From Gemmatimonadota bacterium (GTDB taxonomy: Bacteria; Gemmatimonadota; Gemmatimonadetes; Longimicrobiales; Gaopeijiaceae), in the NCBI GenBank assembly GCA_016873995.1, contig VGVR01000012.1, forward strand, positions 11,622 to 75,621: a DNA stretch of 64,000 nt, given 5' to 3'. Numbering within the stretch: the first letter of the stretch is position 1; each line of letters opens with the position of its first letter. The notes under the pieces were generated by a model. That model ran no database searches, was not told the origin of the DNA, and saw only the letters and a program-made list of their open reading frames with translations. Position numbers and translations under genes: made by a program. This document shows, piece by piece, positions 39,190 to 52,076 of this stretch.

Positions 39190-39741
39190 TCACTGAATCG
39201 AAGTGAATTCGTCTGCCATGCAGCCCATCAGAATGTGATCGATGTATTCACCTTCGAACAAGTCGTGGCCACGAAGCACGCCCTCGACCTTGAACCCGAG
39301 GCGCTCGAACACTTTCTGCATCCCTGGATTGACGCTCATGAGGCCCGCGGTAAGGCGTCGCAGGCCCAATCGACCCACTAGAAATCCCCCGACGGTGGAC
39401 AAGGCATCGGTTCCCAATCCGCGTCCCCACGATTCACGGTCACCGATGAGAATGCCGAGATCTGCCGTACGTGTGCGCCAGTTCAGCTGTGCGACCCGCA
39501 CCGTACCGACGAACCGGTCACCATCCCTGTCGATGACGGCGAAGAACATGTCGTTCGGTGACCGCTGCAGGCCTTCGCAGTAGGCTTTGACTTCGGCGAA
39601 GCTCACCGGACGAAGGTAGTCCGCGCGATTGATGGTCTTGATGACGTCGTAGTCGCGTAGCCACTGCAGGTAGTTCGGATCGTGGAGGTGACGGTCTTCG
39701 AACGGCTCGAGGACCACCTTCGCGCCTTCTAGCCTATGCAT
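39190..39741 (-). CDS. GNAT-family N-acetyltransferase (RimJ/RimL-like)
   Basis: 183 aa. Acetyl-CoA binding motif WGRGLGTDAL and NPGMQKVFERLGF. Confidence 0.8.
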   Translation of the reverse strand: MHRLEGAKVVLEPFEDRHLHDPNYLQWLRDYDVIKTINRADYLRPVSFAEVKAYCEGLQRSPNDMFFAVIDRDGDRFVGTVRVAQLNWRTRTADLGILIGDRESWGRGLGTDALSTVGGFLVGRLGLRRLTAGLMSVNPGMQKVFERLGFKVEGVLRGHDLFEGEYIDHILMGCMADEFTSIQ

Positions 39742-40435
39742 GGTACGCCGCCGTCAGCATCGCCTCCGCACAGCGCAGATCGAAGTCCGTCGCCACGTGA
39801 ATGCTCCGCTCCTCAGGCATGGTATGCACCACCAAGGGCTCCCCGAAGAAGTTGTTGCGCTCGATGAGAGCGGCGGTGCGCGCGAGCTTAATCGCGCCGT
39901 TGGGTCGGAACACCGGAGGAAGCTGAGTCCGCTCACGCAGAAACTCGTCCCGGAAATACATCCGCCACGTGCTGGTGTCCGGCACCATCGCCCAGTGGAA
40001 ATAGTGCGGGTCGATGGCCGTCACGCTCACCAAGAACGAGGCCCCTGACTCCTCGATTCGCTGCATGGAGTCGCGGAGGTCCTGGGCTGACCGAAGCGGC
40101 GACGTGGGCTGTAGGTTGAACATGTACCGAAACTCTCGCCCCAACCTCGCGAGATCGGCCCTCAGGCTCAGGCATGGAACGGTAGACGACACTTCGTCGC
40201 CTGCCATGGACTCCGGAATCGAGTGCACGCGCGCGCCGTAACGCTCGGCAACGCCCGCGATCTCATCGTCCTCGGTGCACACGAATACGTCGCTCGAAAG
40301 TCCGGACTCGAGTGCCGCGCGGATGGTGTAGGCGAGCATCGGCTGGCCGGCCAGCTCCGCGGCGTTCTTGCGCGGAAGTCGCTTGGATCCACCACGCGCG
40401 GGAATGGCTATGAGCACCCCGTCGCTCACGCCCAT
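39734..40435 (-). CDS. pseF: CMP-pseudaminic acid synthetase / acylneuraminate cytidylyltransferase
   Basis: 233 aa. IAIPARGGSKRLPRKNAAELAGQPMLAYTI and LQPTSPLR are NeuA/PseF-type motifs. Confidence 0.8.
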   Translation of the reverse strand: MGVSDGVLIAIPARGGSKRLPRKNAAELAGQPMLAYTIRAALESGLSSDVFVCTEDDEIAGVAERYGARVHSIPESMAGDEVSSTVPCLSLRADLARLGREFRYMFNLQPTSPLRSAQDLRDSMQRIEESGASFLVSVTAIDPHYFHWAMVPDTSTWRMYFRDEFLRERTQLPPVFRPNGAIKLARTAALIERNNFFGEPLVVHTMPEERSIHVATDFDLRCAEAMLTAAYHA

Positions 40436-40601
40436 GTGGACGCGCTCTCAGCCTGCAGACTGGAAATACCTGGCACCGTCAGGTTCCTGGGCGGGCGGAT
40501 GTTGGGGTCTACGGCCCGTGGTCGCGAGCTCGGACGGGGACCCCCGGGCCGCGAGAAAACGTATGCGTTCCGGGAGTGCGAAAACAAGGCTGTATGCGCA
40601 C

Positions 40602-41819
40602 CTACGAGGAGCGCCCCGCTTGAGCTCCCACGCGGTATGCGTCCGTCACCTTTCGAATCGCGGCCACCACGTCGCGGACATCGTGGTCCTGCATCGTCGG
40701 AAACATCGGCAGCGAGAGGATCTGCTCGTAAGCACCCTCCGCCTTTGGGCAGCGACCCGCCTTGAACCCAAGCGTGTCACGATAGTAGGGGTGCAGGTAG
40801 ACGGGGATGTAGTGGACGTTGACGCCGATTCCTTCCGCGCGAAGCGCCTTGAACAACTGCGCACGATCGACCTTGAAAGCGGCAGGGTCGAAGCGGACCA
40901 CGTATAGGTGGTAGGCGTGTCGGACCCCCGGACGCAGGTCCAGCGGTGTTACTCCGGGCATCGCGGCGAACGCGCGATCGTAGTCCTTCGCGATCGCGTT
41001 CCGACGTGACACCCATTCTCCGACTCGCTTCAGCTGGCTGATCCCCAGCGCACAGGCCACGTCCGTCAGCCTGTAGTTGAAGCCAAGCTCCACCATTTCA
41101 TACATCCACGAATCGCGGCGACTCCGTTCCCGATGGTCCGAGTCGAGGCCGTGGTTGCGGAAACGGCGCATGCGCGCGGCAAGCTTGGCATCGTTCGTGG
41201 AGATTACGCCGCCCTCCCCGGTGGTCATCGACTTCACGGGGTGGAGGCTGAAGGCACTCATCTCTGCAAGCGTACCGACCGATCGGGTGCCCTCAAGAGC
41301 GCCGAGCGCGTGACAAGCATCTGACAAGACCGTGATACCTCGACTCTGACACAGCGCGTGCAAGTCATCGTATGCACACGGCTGGCCCGCGTAGTCGACA
41401 GCGATCACGGCTCGCGTACGAGGCGTAATGTGAGGTTCAATATCAGCCGCGCCAACAAGCAACGTGCGAGAATCGACGTCGCAGAACACCGGCGTGCCGC
41501 GCTGATAGAGCACGGCGTTCGAGGTTGCCGCAAAGGTGATGGCCGGCACGATGACCTCATCACCTGGGCCGATGTCCAACGTGGCCATGATCGCGTGCAG
41601 CGCGGCCGTACCGCTGTTCACCGCGACCGCGTGCTCAGCTCCAACCACCGCGGCGAAGGCCTCTTCGAACTCCCTCACGCGCGGTCCAGTCGTGAGGAAC
41701 GCCGACTGCAACGCCTCGGTTACCGCATCGACGTCATCGATTTCGATCGTTTGCCGGCCGTACGGGAGCAGCTCTCTTCGAACCGGATCGCCGCCGTCGA
41801 TAGCTAGAGCGGAACTCAA
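40602..41819 (-). CDS. pseC: UDP-4-amino-4,6-dideoxy-N-acetyl-beta-L-altrosamine transaminase (PseC-like, DegT family)
   Basis: Proposed TTG start at 41819 overlaps the pseB stop as TTGA. PYGRQTIEIDD..., NSGTAALH, and FSLHPVKSMTTGEGG (PLP lysine). The track start at 41954 would overlap pseB by 139 nt. Confidence 0.85.
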   Translation of the reverse strand: MSSALAIDGGDPVRRELLPYGRQTIEIDDVDAVTEALQSAFLTTGPRVREFEEAFAAVVGAEHAVAVNSGTAALHAIMATLDIGPGDEVIVPAITFAATSNAVLYQRGTPVFCDVDSRTLLVGAADIEPHITPRTRAVIAVDYAGQPCAYDDLHALCQSRGITVLSDACHALGALEGTRSVGTLAEMSAFSLHPVKSMTTGEGGVISTNDAKLAARMRRFRNHGLDSDHRERSRRDSWMYEMVELGFNYRLTDVACALGISQLKRVGEWVSRRNAIAKDYDRAFAAMPGVTPLDLRPGVRHAYHLYVVRFDPAAFKVDRAQLFKALRAEGIGVNVHYIPVYLHPYYRDTLGFKAGRCPKAEGAYEQILSLPMFPTMQDHDVRDVVAAIRKVTDAYRVGAQAGRSS

Positions 41820-42817
41820 TCCTTGAAGCTCGACGGATCGACCATCGCGATGAGATCGTCGCGGGTCAGCCACCGGTCGTTTTGGTCGCTGCTGTAAAGG
41901 AAGCCCTCCGGGCAAGGCTTGCCCCCGTTGCGATCGCCCCCCGTCGTGGCCCACCAGTCCGACGAGGGCAAGATCTCGAAACGGTTGTCGTACTCGAAGG
42001 TGCTACGCGCGTCGTCGCACGCCACCATCACCTCATGGAGCTTCTCACCCGGGCGAATGCCGACGATCTCGATGCGGCAATCCGGAGCCAACGCGGCTGC
42101 CACATCCATGATGCTCATGCTGGGAATCTTGGGAACGAAGATCTCGCCACCCCTCATGGTCTGGAGACACTGAAGCACGAAGTCGATCCCCTGCTCCAGA
42201 GTGATCCAGAAGCGCGTCATGCGTGGATCCGTGACCGAAATCACGCCCTCGGCGCGCGCACGCACGAACCGAGGAATCACGCTCCCTCGACTGCCCACCA
42301 CGTTTCCATATCGGACGACGCTGAATCTCGCGGGATGGTCTCCTGAATAGTTGTTGGCCGCTGTGAACAGCTTGTCCGAGGCCAGCTTGGTGGCACCGTA
42401 GAGATTGATCGGATTCACGGCCTTGTCCGTGCTCAGGGCGAGCACGCGCTCCACACCGCGATCGATCGCGGCGTCGATCACATTGGCCGCCCCCATGACG
42501 TTGGTGCGAATCGCTTCGAGGGGATTGTACTCACACGCCGGAATCTGCTTCATCGCGGCTGCGTGGATCACCACGTTCACTCCGTCGAAGGCTCGATAAA
42601 GTCGATCACGGTCGCGAACGTCACCGACGAAGTATCTAATCTCCGGGTAACGCGATTCGGGAAAACGTTGTTGCATTTGAAATTGCTTCAGCTCGTCGCG
42701 ACTGAAAATCACGAGACGGGCAAGCTTGTAGCGGGCGAGAAGGGTCTCCACGGCCTTCTGGCCGAAAGACCCCGTGCCGCCTGTGACCAACACCACCTTG
42801 TTGTTGAGCACAACCAC
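41816..42817 (-). CDS. pseB: UDP-N-acetylglucosamine 4,6-dehydratase (inverting)
   Basis: 333 aa. NKVVLVTGGTGSFGQ, IFSRDELKQ and YGATKLASDKLF are PseB/FlaA1/CapD-type signatures. Confidence 0.9.
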   Translation of the reverse strand: MVVLNNKVVLVTGGTGSFGQKAVETLLARYKLARLVIFSRDELKQFQMQQRFPESRYPEIRYFVGDVRDRDRLYRAFDGVNVVIHAAAMKQIPACEYNPLEAIRTNVMGAANVIDAAIDRGVERVLALSTDKAVNPINLYGATKLASDKLFTAANNYSGDHPARFSVVRYGNVVGSRGSVIPRFVRARAEGVISVTDPRMTRFWITLEQGIDFVLQCLQTMRGGEIFVPKIPSMSIMDVAAALAPDCRIEIVGIRPGEKLHEVMVACDDARSTFEYDNRFEILPSSDWWATTGGDRNGGKPCPEGFLYSSDQNDRWLTRDDLIAMVDPSSFKD

Positions 42818-43035
42818 ACCTCGTGTGAGAAAGATCCGAGGCGCCTAGCCTGCCTCGACGCCCAAGAGTGACATCGGACGGACAGCGGGCGACAAGTCCG
42901 TGACGGACGCGACCTCAGGCCAACGCGAAAAGAACTCGGGTTACGCCCAATCCAAACAAGAAGAGGGGACTATTCGAAATCGGTGGGCCGGTGTCAATGC
43001 CGAACCCAGAGCCCACCGGCCGATCTCGGGGAAAA

Positions 43036-44127
43036 TCATGAGCGCTCCCGCTCGGCCGTTGGCCCTGGCTCACCCGTGGCGAGGGGGCGGCGAACGCCGA
43101 GAAAGTCTCGACGAACCTCCCCGAGCACGTGCTGCAACTCGGCATACGTGCGGCTGTTGCCGGCCCTCGATCGAAGTGTGTACTCCCGCATCAACGCCGA
43201 TGCAAACCCGACTAACGTCCCGATCGTGACTCCGACAAGCAGCTTGAGGAGGCGACCACGCCGATTGGGAAGCGCTGGGACCTCGGGACTGTCAACGACG
43301 GTCATGACCGGCGTCGTCCGGACCTCGTCGATGCGCGCTCGCTCGTAGACCTGGGCCATGGCCGTCACGACTTCCTGTCGCATCGCAACCCGCCGCTCCA
43401 GCCTCGCGTGCTCGAACGTGAGCTGCGGCGAGTTGGTGAATTGACGGTTGTCATCAAGGAACATTCGCAGTGAATCCTCCGCGATCGCAAGCTCAGCCTG
43501 CAGCTCGCCCAAGCGATCTTCGGAAAACCGCCGCTCAGCCGACGCCCGCGACTGCCGCGTCTCCAAATCGAACTCTGCGATCAGATCCAAGACACGCTCG
43601 CCAATCGCGGCGGAGAGCGGGGCGAGGTCGGTCGTCACGCGGATGGTCACCACCCCGGTCTGGCGCGACAACGAAACGGCCGTGACCTCCTGTGCTAGAT
43701 ACCGACGCATCAGTTCGGTTTCCTGTCCCGCTGACTCGCCCTCGATCTCGAAGTGTTCGGCTAGGTCAACACGCGCCCCACCCACGATGATTGGGGAGGC
43801 CAGGAGGCCGTTCAGCACGCGGCGCGAACGCATCAGGTCCTGGTAGAACTCGGGAGAACGCTCCGCCCCGGCGGAGGGAAGGGTGAAGCCGAACTGTTGC
43901 GCCAGGCCTGCCACGCTCTGGAATGCGCTTTCGTCCCCACTGTTGGGCAAAAAGGATACGGTCGCCGAGTATTCAATTGGTGTAAGCACGGCCACGACGA
44001 ATCCCAACAGAGTGCCGAAGAACGTGCACGCGAGGATGATCCCCCTTCGCTTGAGGAGGACGCTCATCAGGTCGAAGAGCGTGAAGTCGTCCTCCCGATC
44101 GCGAAGGTCACTAATTCCGTTAGCCAT
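43036..44127 (-). CDS. wzz: Polysaccharide chain-length determinant (Wzz/PCP family, no kinase domain)
   Basis: 363 aa. N-terminal Wzz motif with TM (FDLMSVLLKRRGIILACTFFGTLLGFVVAVL), a coiled periplasmic region, and a C-terminal TM (LLKLLVGVTIGTLVGFASAL). Confidence 0.7.
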   Translation of the reverse strand: MANGISDLRDREDDFTLFDLMSVLLKRRGIILACTFFGTLLGFVVAVLTPIEYSATVSFLPNSGDESAFQSVAGLAQQFGFTLPSAGAERSPEFYQDLMRSRRVLNGLLASPIIVGGARVDLAEHFEIEGESAGQETELMRRYLAQEVTAVSLSRQTGVVTIRVTTDLAPLSAAIGERVLDLIAEFDLETRQSRASAERRFSEDRLGELQAELAIAEDSLRMFLDDNRQFTNSPQLTFEHARLERRVAMRQEVVTAMAQVYERARIDEVRTTPVMTVVDSPEVPALPNRRGRLLKLLVGVTIGTLVGFASALMREYTLRSRAGNSRTYAELQHVLGEVRRDFLGVRRPLATGEPGPTAERERS

Positions 44128-44278
44128 CTCCCATCCCGTGGACGGATTCGAGATTCCCGGTGCGCCAGCGCCGGAGGCAGCTGGGCACAGCGTGTTTTCC
44201 TGACCCTATCGTACGCCCTAACACAAGGGGGCGCCTAGCTCTGCCTTTCGCCATGCGTGGGTGAGCCGTCTGCCCCTC

Positions 44279-47608
<3,330 letters not shown>

Positions 47609-47798
47609 GCGGCGAATCTTGTCACTCGGGTCGGGGCCCGAGGAAAGTACCCTCGGACGGGCAACTTGGAACCCCAGGTGCGCCCAAAGGGTCGCGGAGC
47701 CGTGCCCCACGTCTCAATCGGCCGGCGCCAGTCGTAGCTATCTGATACGCAATGCTGCGTACCTTGCGGCCAACCCTCCGAACCCTAGGTTCCACAGC

Positions 47799-49304
47799 AT
47801 GTTACAGACCGCTGCATCGAGCGTGGCCCCCGTTCCCGTCGAACGGGATCGCCCCCCACTGCACTCTCAGGCGAACCCGCGCCTCCGGGTCCAACAGGCC
47901 GCTGGTAGCACCAAGCGGCGCCACTTCTATCGAGCCCTCCGCCGAATCGCGGTGTTGTGCGCGGTGGACGCGTCCCTACTGTTCGCAGCGCGCTCCCTCC
48001 TGCTCTGGGCGCGAGACCGCGGAGCCTCGATGGCTGGCACGGTCTTCCCGCCCGGATTCATGGGGGGGTGGGCCTCGGTGGCGGCGGTTCTCGTCGGTCT
48101 GGCGTTCGTGGGAGCGTACGCGTCAGAAGAGCGCTGGGCCTACCCGGCCACCGTCTTCAAGGGCGTGGCGCTCGGAGTCGGGCTCCCGATGTGGCAGTCC
48201 CTCGAGGCTCTCGGGATTCCGTGGACCGTGGTGCGCTGGGGACTCTTTACTCTCGCCCTCGCAGCCATACTCGGAGGGGTCCGTGCGGCGCTCAGGGTGG
48301 CCGTCTTGCGCTGGCCGCTAGGCCGCGGCGCGAGCGGCGACCGCGTCATCTTCGTCGGTGACCCGCGCGCTCGTAGCGATCTGAAGGCCGCGCGCACAGT
48401 GCTGCAACGACCAGGAATGCACTCGCTCGGGTGGCTCTCGGAGGAGGGGGGAGCCGGCGACTACCTCGGCCACCCGTCCGCAGTGTGGGAAGTTCTCTGC
48501 GAGAGGGGCACGGATACCGTCGTGCTCTGCGGCAACCTCTCCGCGGCCTTGTTCGACACCGTGGTGGAGGCCGCCGCGGTGGCAGGCTGTCGCGTGCTCG
48601 CCGTCCGCGATCGCGGCACCCTCATGGCCAGCCAGCCGCGTGCCCTCAACGGGGGACGCATGCGCATGCTGGAGCTCACGTTCCCCGCGTCACGGGCGGG
48701 GCAGGATGTCGTGAAGCGTGCATTCGACGCGACAGCCGCAGCGGCGCTCCTCCTCCTGCTGTCGCCGCTCCTGATTGCCCTGGGCCTCTGGATCAAGTTG
48801 GATTCGCGGGGACCGGTACTCTTCGTACAGGAGCGCGTCGGTCGGGCCGGCAGGGCCTTTCGGATGCTCAAGTTCCGAACGATGCGGAACGGCGCGGACG
48901 CTGAGAAGCTCGATCTCGCCCACCTGAACCACACCGGGGATCCGCGGCTCTTCAAGATCCCGAACGACCCCCGAGTCACCCGGGCCGGGCTGGTGCTGCG
49001 GCGCTGGAGCCTGGATGAGCTCCCACAGCTCATCAATGTGGTGCGCGGCGACATGTCCCTTGTCGGCCCGCGTCCGTTCTTCGAATCGGACCTCGCCGCT
49101 TACGACGACCGCCATTTCCTCAGACTGGCGGTGAAGCCGGGTGTGACCGGACTGTGGCAGGTGAAGGGCCGCAGCTCGATCGTCGACTTCGAGGAGGTCT
49201 TCCGGTTGGACCGCAAGTACATCGAGAACTGGTCGCTCGGGCTCGACCTGAAGATCCTGCTGGCGACTCTTCCGGCGGTGCTAAGGCGGACTGGCGCCTA
49301 CTGA
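47799..49304 (+). CDS. Undecaprenyl-phosphate sugar phosphotransferase (WbaP/EpsB-type priming transferase)
   Basis: Start reset to ATG 47799; the track ORF begins inside secA antisense. N-terminal TM segments. C-terminal Bac_transf core DSRGPVLFVQERVG...FKFRTM...DELPQLINVVRGDMSLVGPRP. Confidence 0.85.
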   Translation: MLQTAASSVAPVPVERDRPPLHSQANPRLRVQQAAGSTKRRHFYRALRRIAVLCAVDASLLFAARSLLLWARDRGASMAGTVFPPGFMGGWASVAAVLVGLAFVGAYASEERWAYPATVFKGVALGVGLPMWQSLEALGIPWTVVRWGLFTLALAAILGGVRAALRVAVLRWPLGRGASGDRVIFVGDPRARSDLKAARTVLQRPGMHSLGWLSEEGGAGDYLGHPSAVWEVLCERGTDTVVLCGNLSAALFDTVVEAAAVAGCRVLAVRDRGTLMASQPRALNGGRMRMLELTFPASRAGQDVVKRAFDATAAAALLLLLSPLLIALGLWIKLDSRGPVLFVQERVGRAGRAFRMLKFRTMRNGADAEKLDLAHLNHTGDPRLFKIPNDPRVTRAGLVLRRWSLDELPQLINVVRGDMSLVGPRPFFESDLAAYDDRHFLRLAVKPGVTGLWQVKGRSSIVDFEEVFRLDRKYIENWSLGLDLKILLATLPAVLRRTGAY

Positions 49305-49391
49305 CGGTCCTGCCCGTCGCTCTTCTCGGCCGGACATGCGGGCCGAGCGCGATTGACCCGACGTCTGACCCACCTGATCTTGGGCGCTCTC

Positions 49392-51629
49392 ATGAGACCC
49401 CATCGAGATCCCCGCCGGATGCCCCGCTGGGGCCACCGCTTGCTCGCGGTAGGTCTCGCAACGATCGCTAGCACTGTGGCTCCCGGACACCCCCTCGCCG
49501 CCCAGGTCCCCACCCAGGCCGAGGCCCTCCGCATGGTGCAGGAGGACCCCGAGGGGGTTCGCCAGCGGCTGCTGGCATCGGGTCTTTCAGCCGCCGAGAT
49601 TCGCGCCCGGCTCCGCGCCGCAGGCGTGCCCGCCTCCGCCCTCGACGAGTTCTTGCAGGCAGGCCCTCTCGACCCCTCTGCAGCCGTCCTGGGCAACGAC
49701 GCCCTGACCGCGCTCGACGCCCTCGGAATGACCGTCGACACACCGGACGGTGTCGAGTTGGTCCCCCTCCAGTCGGGGCTCCGGCAGCGCACCCCGGTAA
49801 CGTACTCCATCGACGGCCTGCCGATTTTCGGCCTCGACGTCTTCACGAGAGCCTCCTCGCAGTTCCAGCCCCTCCTTTCCGGGCCGGTGCCGGACGACTA
49901 CCGCATGGGTCCCGGCGACCAAATGGTCCTGGTCCTCACGGGCGAGGTGGAGCTCGCCCACGAGCTGGAGGTCACGCGGGAAGGCTTCATCGTCATCCCG
50001 AACGTGGGCCAGGTGTTCGTCGCCAACCTGAGCATGGCGGAGGTCCGGGCACTGCTTCGCACACGCCTCTCTCGCTCGTATTCAGGGATCCAGCGCGGCA
50101 CGACCAGCTTCAGCGCCTCGGTCGCGCGGCTCCGCACGAATCAGATCTACGTGACGGGCGAGGTCATGCAGGCAGGTGCGTATCAACTGTCCTCGGTGGC
50201 CACGGTCACGAACGCGCTCTACGCCGCCGGCGGAACGACCACGCTAGCGAGCTTGCGGGATGTCCGCCTCCAGCGTCGCAGCGGCGAGACGCTCTCGCTG
50301 GACCTCTATCCGTACCTGCTCCTCGGCGATGCGTCGGGTGACGTCATCCTCGAGCAGGGCGACGTGGTCTTCGTGCCCCTGAAGGGTCGACGCGTTCAGC
50401 TGCACGGCGCCGTCGTCCGACCTGCACACTACGAGCTCTCCGCGGCAGAGGACCTGGTGGACGTGCTGCGGGCGGGGGGCGGATTCGCACCCGACGCGCT
50501 CCGGCGCCGCCTGACCATCCATCGCGTCCTCAGGCCCGCCGAGCGCGGGTCTGGGCTCACCGATCGTCGCGCGATCGACCTGGAGCTGCGCGCCGCGACG
50601 GACTCGAACACCCCCGACGAAGTCGGCGGGGTGATCATCCCCCCCGTCGGCCTACAGGACGGCGATTCGATCGTGGTCGACATGGTGCCGAGCCTCGAGC
50701 GCGGGTACTACGTGAGCGTCGTCGGCATGATTCAGGCGCCGGGCTTGTTCCCCTGGCACGACGGCATGACCCTCAGAGATCTCGTCGAGCTCGCCAGGGG
50801 CCCGACGGTCGGCGCCGACCTCCGCGAAGCCGAGGTGTCGCGCATGCCCACGCAGCGCCAGCTGGGCCAGCTCGCCGAGCGCCTGCGCGTGCCGCTCGAT
50901 TCGAGCTACCTGAGCCGCGACGCGGCAGGGCAGTTCCACGGCCCTCCCGGACCCCCCTTCCCGCCGGCGGGCTCGAGCGCGGACTTCGCCCTGGAGCCGT
51001 TCGATCAGGTGCTGATCCTGAGACAGCCCGACTTCGAGATGCCGCAGTACGTGACCGTCGCAGGCGAGGTAGCCATCCCAGGTCGCTACACGCTGCTGAC
51101 CAAGCTCTACCGAGTCAGCGACCTCGTGGAGCGGGCCGGTGGCATCCTATCCACAGGATATCCGGAGGGCGCGCGGCTCATCCGCGCCCAGGACGGGCTC
51201 GGGCGCATCGACATGGAGATGGTCAACGCGCTCGACGATCCGCAGGGGCGCAACAACCTCATCCTGCAGCCGGGTGACTCGCTCTTCATCCCGCATTACT
51301 CGCCCACGGTGAAGGTGCAAGGTGCCGTGAATTCCCAGGTGACCGTCTTGTACCAAGAGGGCCAGGATCTCGCCTACTACGTCGCCAATGCCGGCGGGTA
51401 TCGCGCCGACGCCGACGTCGGGCGGCTCTCTGTGCGCTACGCGAACGGAACCGCACGCACGCGCGACAAGGTCCTCTTCTGGTCGCGTTGGCCCGAGCCC
51501 AGCCCGGGCAGCGAGATCGTGGTGCCGACGAGGGACCCCGCCGACGAGTTCGACACGCGCGGCTTGATCACCGACCTGGTCGCGATCCTCGGATCGCTCA
51601 CCACCGCGATCGTGGTGCTGGTGCGGTAG
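49392..51629 (+). CDS. Polysaccharide export protein (Wza-like, Poly_export plus multiple SLBB domains)
   Basis: PGDQMVLVLTGEVEL...VTREGFIVIPNVGQVFVANLSMAEV is a Poly_export signature. Repeated SLBB-like segments and a C-terminal TM helix. Start is ambiguous (TTG 49353, ATG 49392, ATG 49419). Confidence 0.8.
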   Translation: MRPHRDPRRMPRWGHRLLAVGLATIASTVAPGHPLAAQVPTQAEALRMVQEDPEGVRQRLLASGLSAAEIRARLRAAGVPASALDEFLQAGPLDPSAAVLGNDALTALDALGMTVDTPDGVELVPLQSGLRQRTPVTYSIDGLPIFGLDVFTRASSQFQPLLSGPVPDDYRMGPGDQMVLVLTGEVELAHELEVTREGFIVIPNVGQVFVANLSMAEVRALLRTRLSRSYSGIQRGTTSFSASVARLRTNQIYVTGEVMQAGAYQLSSVATVTNALYAAGGTTTLASLRDVRLQRRSGETLSLDLYPYLLLGDASGDVILEQGDVVFVPLKGRRVQLHGAVVRPAHYELSAAEDLVDVLRAGGGFAPDALRRRLTIHRVLRPAERGSGLTDRRAIDLELRAATDSNTPDEVGGVIIPPVGLQDGDSIVVDMVPSLERGYYVSVVGMIQAPGLFPWHDGMTLRDLVELARGPTVGADLREAEVSRMPTQRQLGQLAERLRVPLDSSYLSRDAAGQFHGPPGPPFPPAGSSADFALEPFDQVLILRQPDFEMPQYVTVAGEVAIPGRYTLLTKLYRVSDLVERAGGILSTGYPEGARLIRAQDGLGRIDMEMVNALDDPQGRNNLILQPGDSLFIPHYSPTVKVQGAVNSQVTVLYQEGQDLAYYVANAGGYRADADVGRLSVRYANGTARTRDKVLFWSRWPEPSPGSEIVVPTRDPADEFDTRGLITDLVAILGSLTTAIVVLVR

Positions 51630-51728
51630 GACGCCGCCCCGCGGCGAGCCGTCCAACTCCTGAAAGGCGAGGGGCAGCGTCAGCGGAAGTCGTTGCGTGA
51701 GGTGGTCAACCGAGGCCGATCCGGCGGG

Positions 51729-51791
51729 TGAGTCTGAGATTCGAGTCATCGTGACTCACTCATTGACTCGCGCCAGATCGTTGAGTAGCCT
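51729..51791 (+). promoter_or_regulatory. Candidate vapBC promoter with nested palindromic operator
   Basis: TGAGTC(51729-34)...GAGTCA-TCG-TGACTC (51743-57, perfect 6-bp arms)...GACTC(51765-69). TTGACT (51763-68), 17-bp spacer, TAGCCT (51786-91). SD AAGGAGGG (51798-805) lies 7 nt before the vapB GTG. Pattern match only. Confidence 0.4.
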
Positions 51792-51812
51792 GGAGCGAAG
51801 GAGGGTCGCCCG

Positions 51813-52076
51813 GTGTCGCACCAACTCACGATTCGCTTCGACGATGACTTGGCGCGTGAGATCGACGCACTCGCGAAGCGTGAGGGCATTTCGCGAAACC
51901 GTGCTGTCTTACGTTTGCTGCGCGAGGCCGCACACATCGACGAGCCCCACTGGGCGCGCGACAAGATCGGGGACTCACTCGACTGGTTCATCGGCTCTTG
52001 GCCCGATGAGCGGGCGCGGGAGCTCGAAGCGGCGATCGCCGACTTCGAGGTCGTCGACGAGGACCTGTGGCGGTGA
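51813..52076 (+). CDS. vapB: Ribbon-helix-helix (CopG/VapB-type) antitoxin
   Basis: 87 aa. SHQLTIRFDDDLAREIDALAKREGISRNRAVLRLL is an RHH signature. It overlaps the PIN gene by 10 nt. Confidence 0.8.
   Translation: MSHQLTIRFDDDLAREIDALAKREGISRNRAVLRLLREAAHIDEPHWARDKIGDSLDWFIGSWPDERARELEAAIADFEVVDEDLWR

Noticed and set aside
38064-39206. 380-aa plus-strand ORF
   Set aside because: It is antisense to the DegT aminotransferase (37965-39179).
42981-43018. Inverted repeat CGGTGGGC...GCCCACCG, 18 nt downstream of the wzz stop, considered as a rho-independent terminator
   Set aside because: The 22-nt loop is too large, alternative pairings exist, and the downstream sequence (ATTTCGAAT) is only weakly U-rich. 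The evidence is insufficient.
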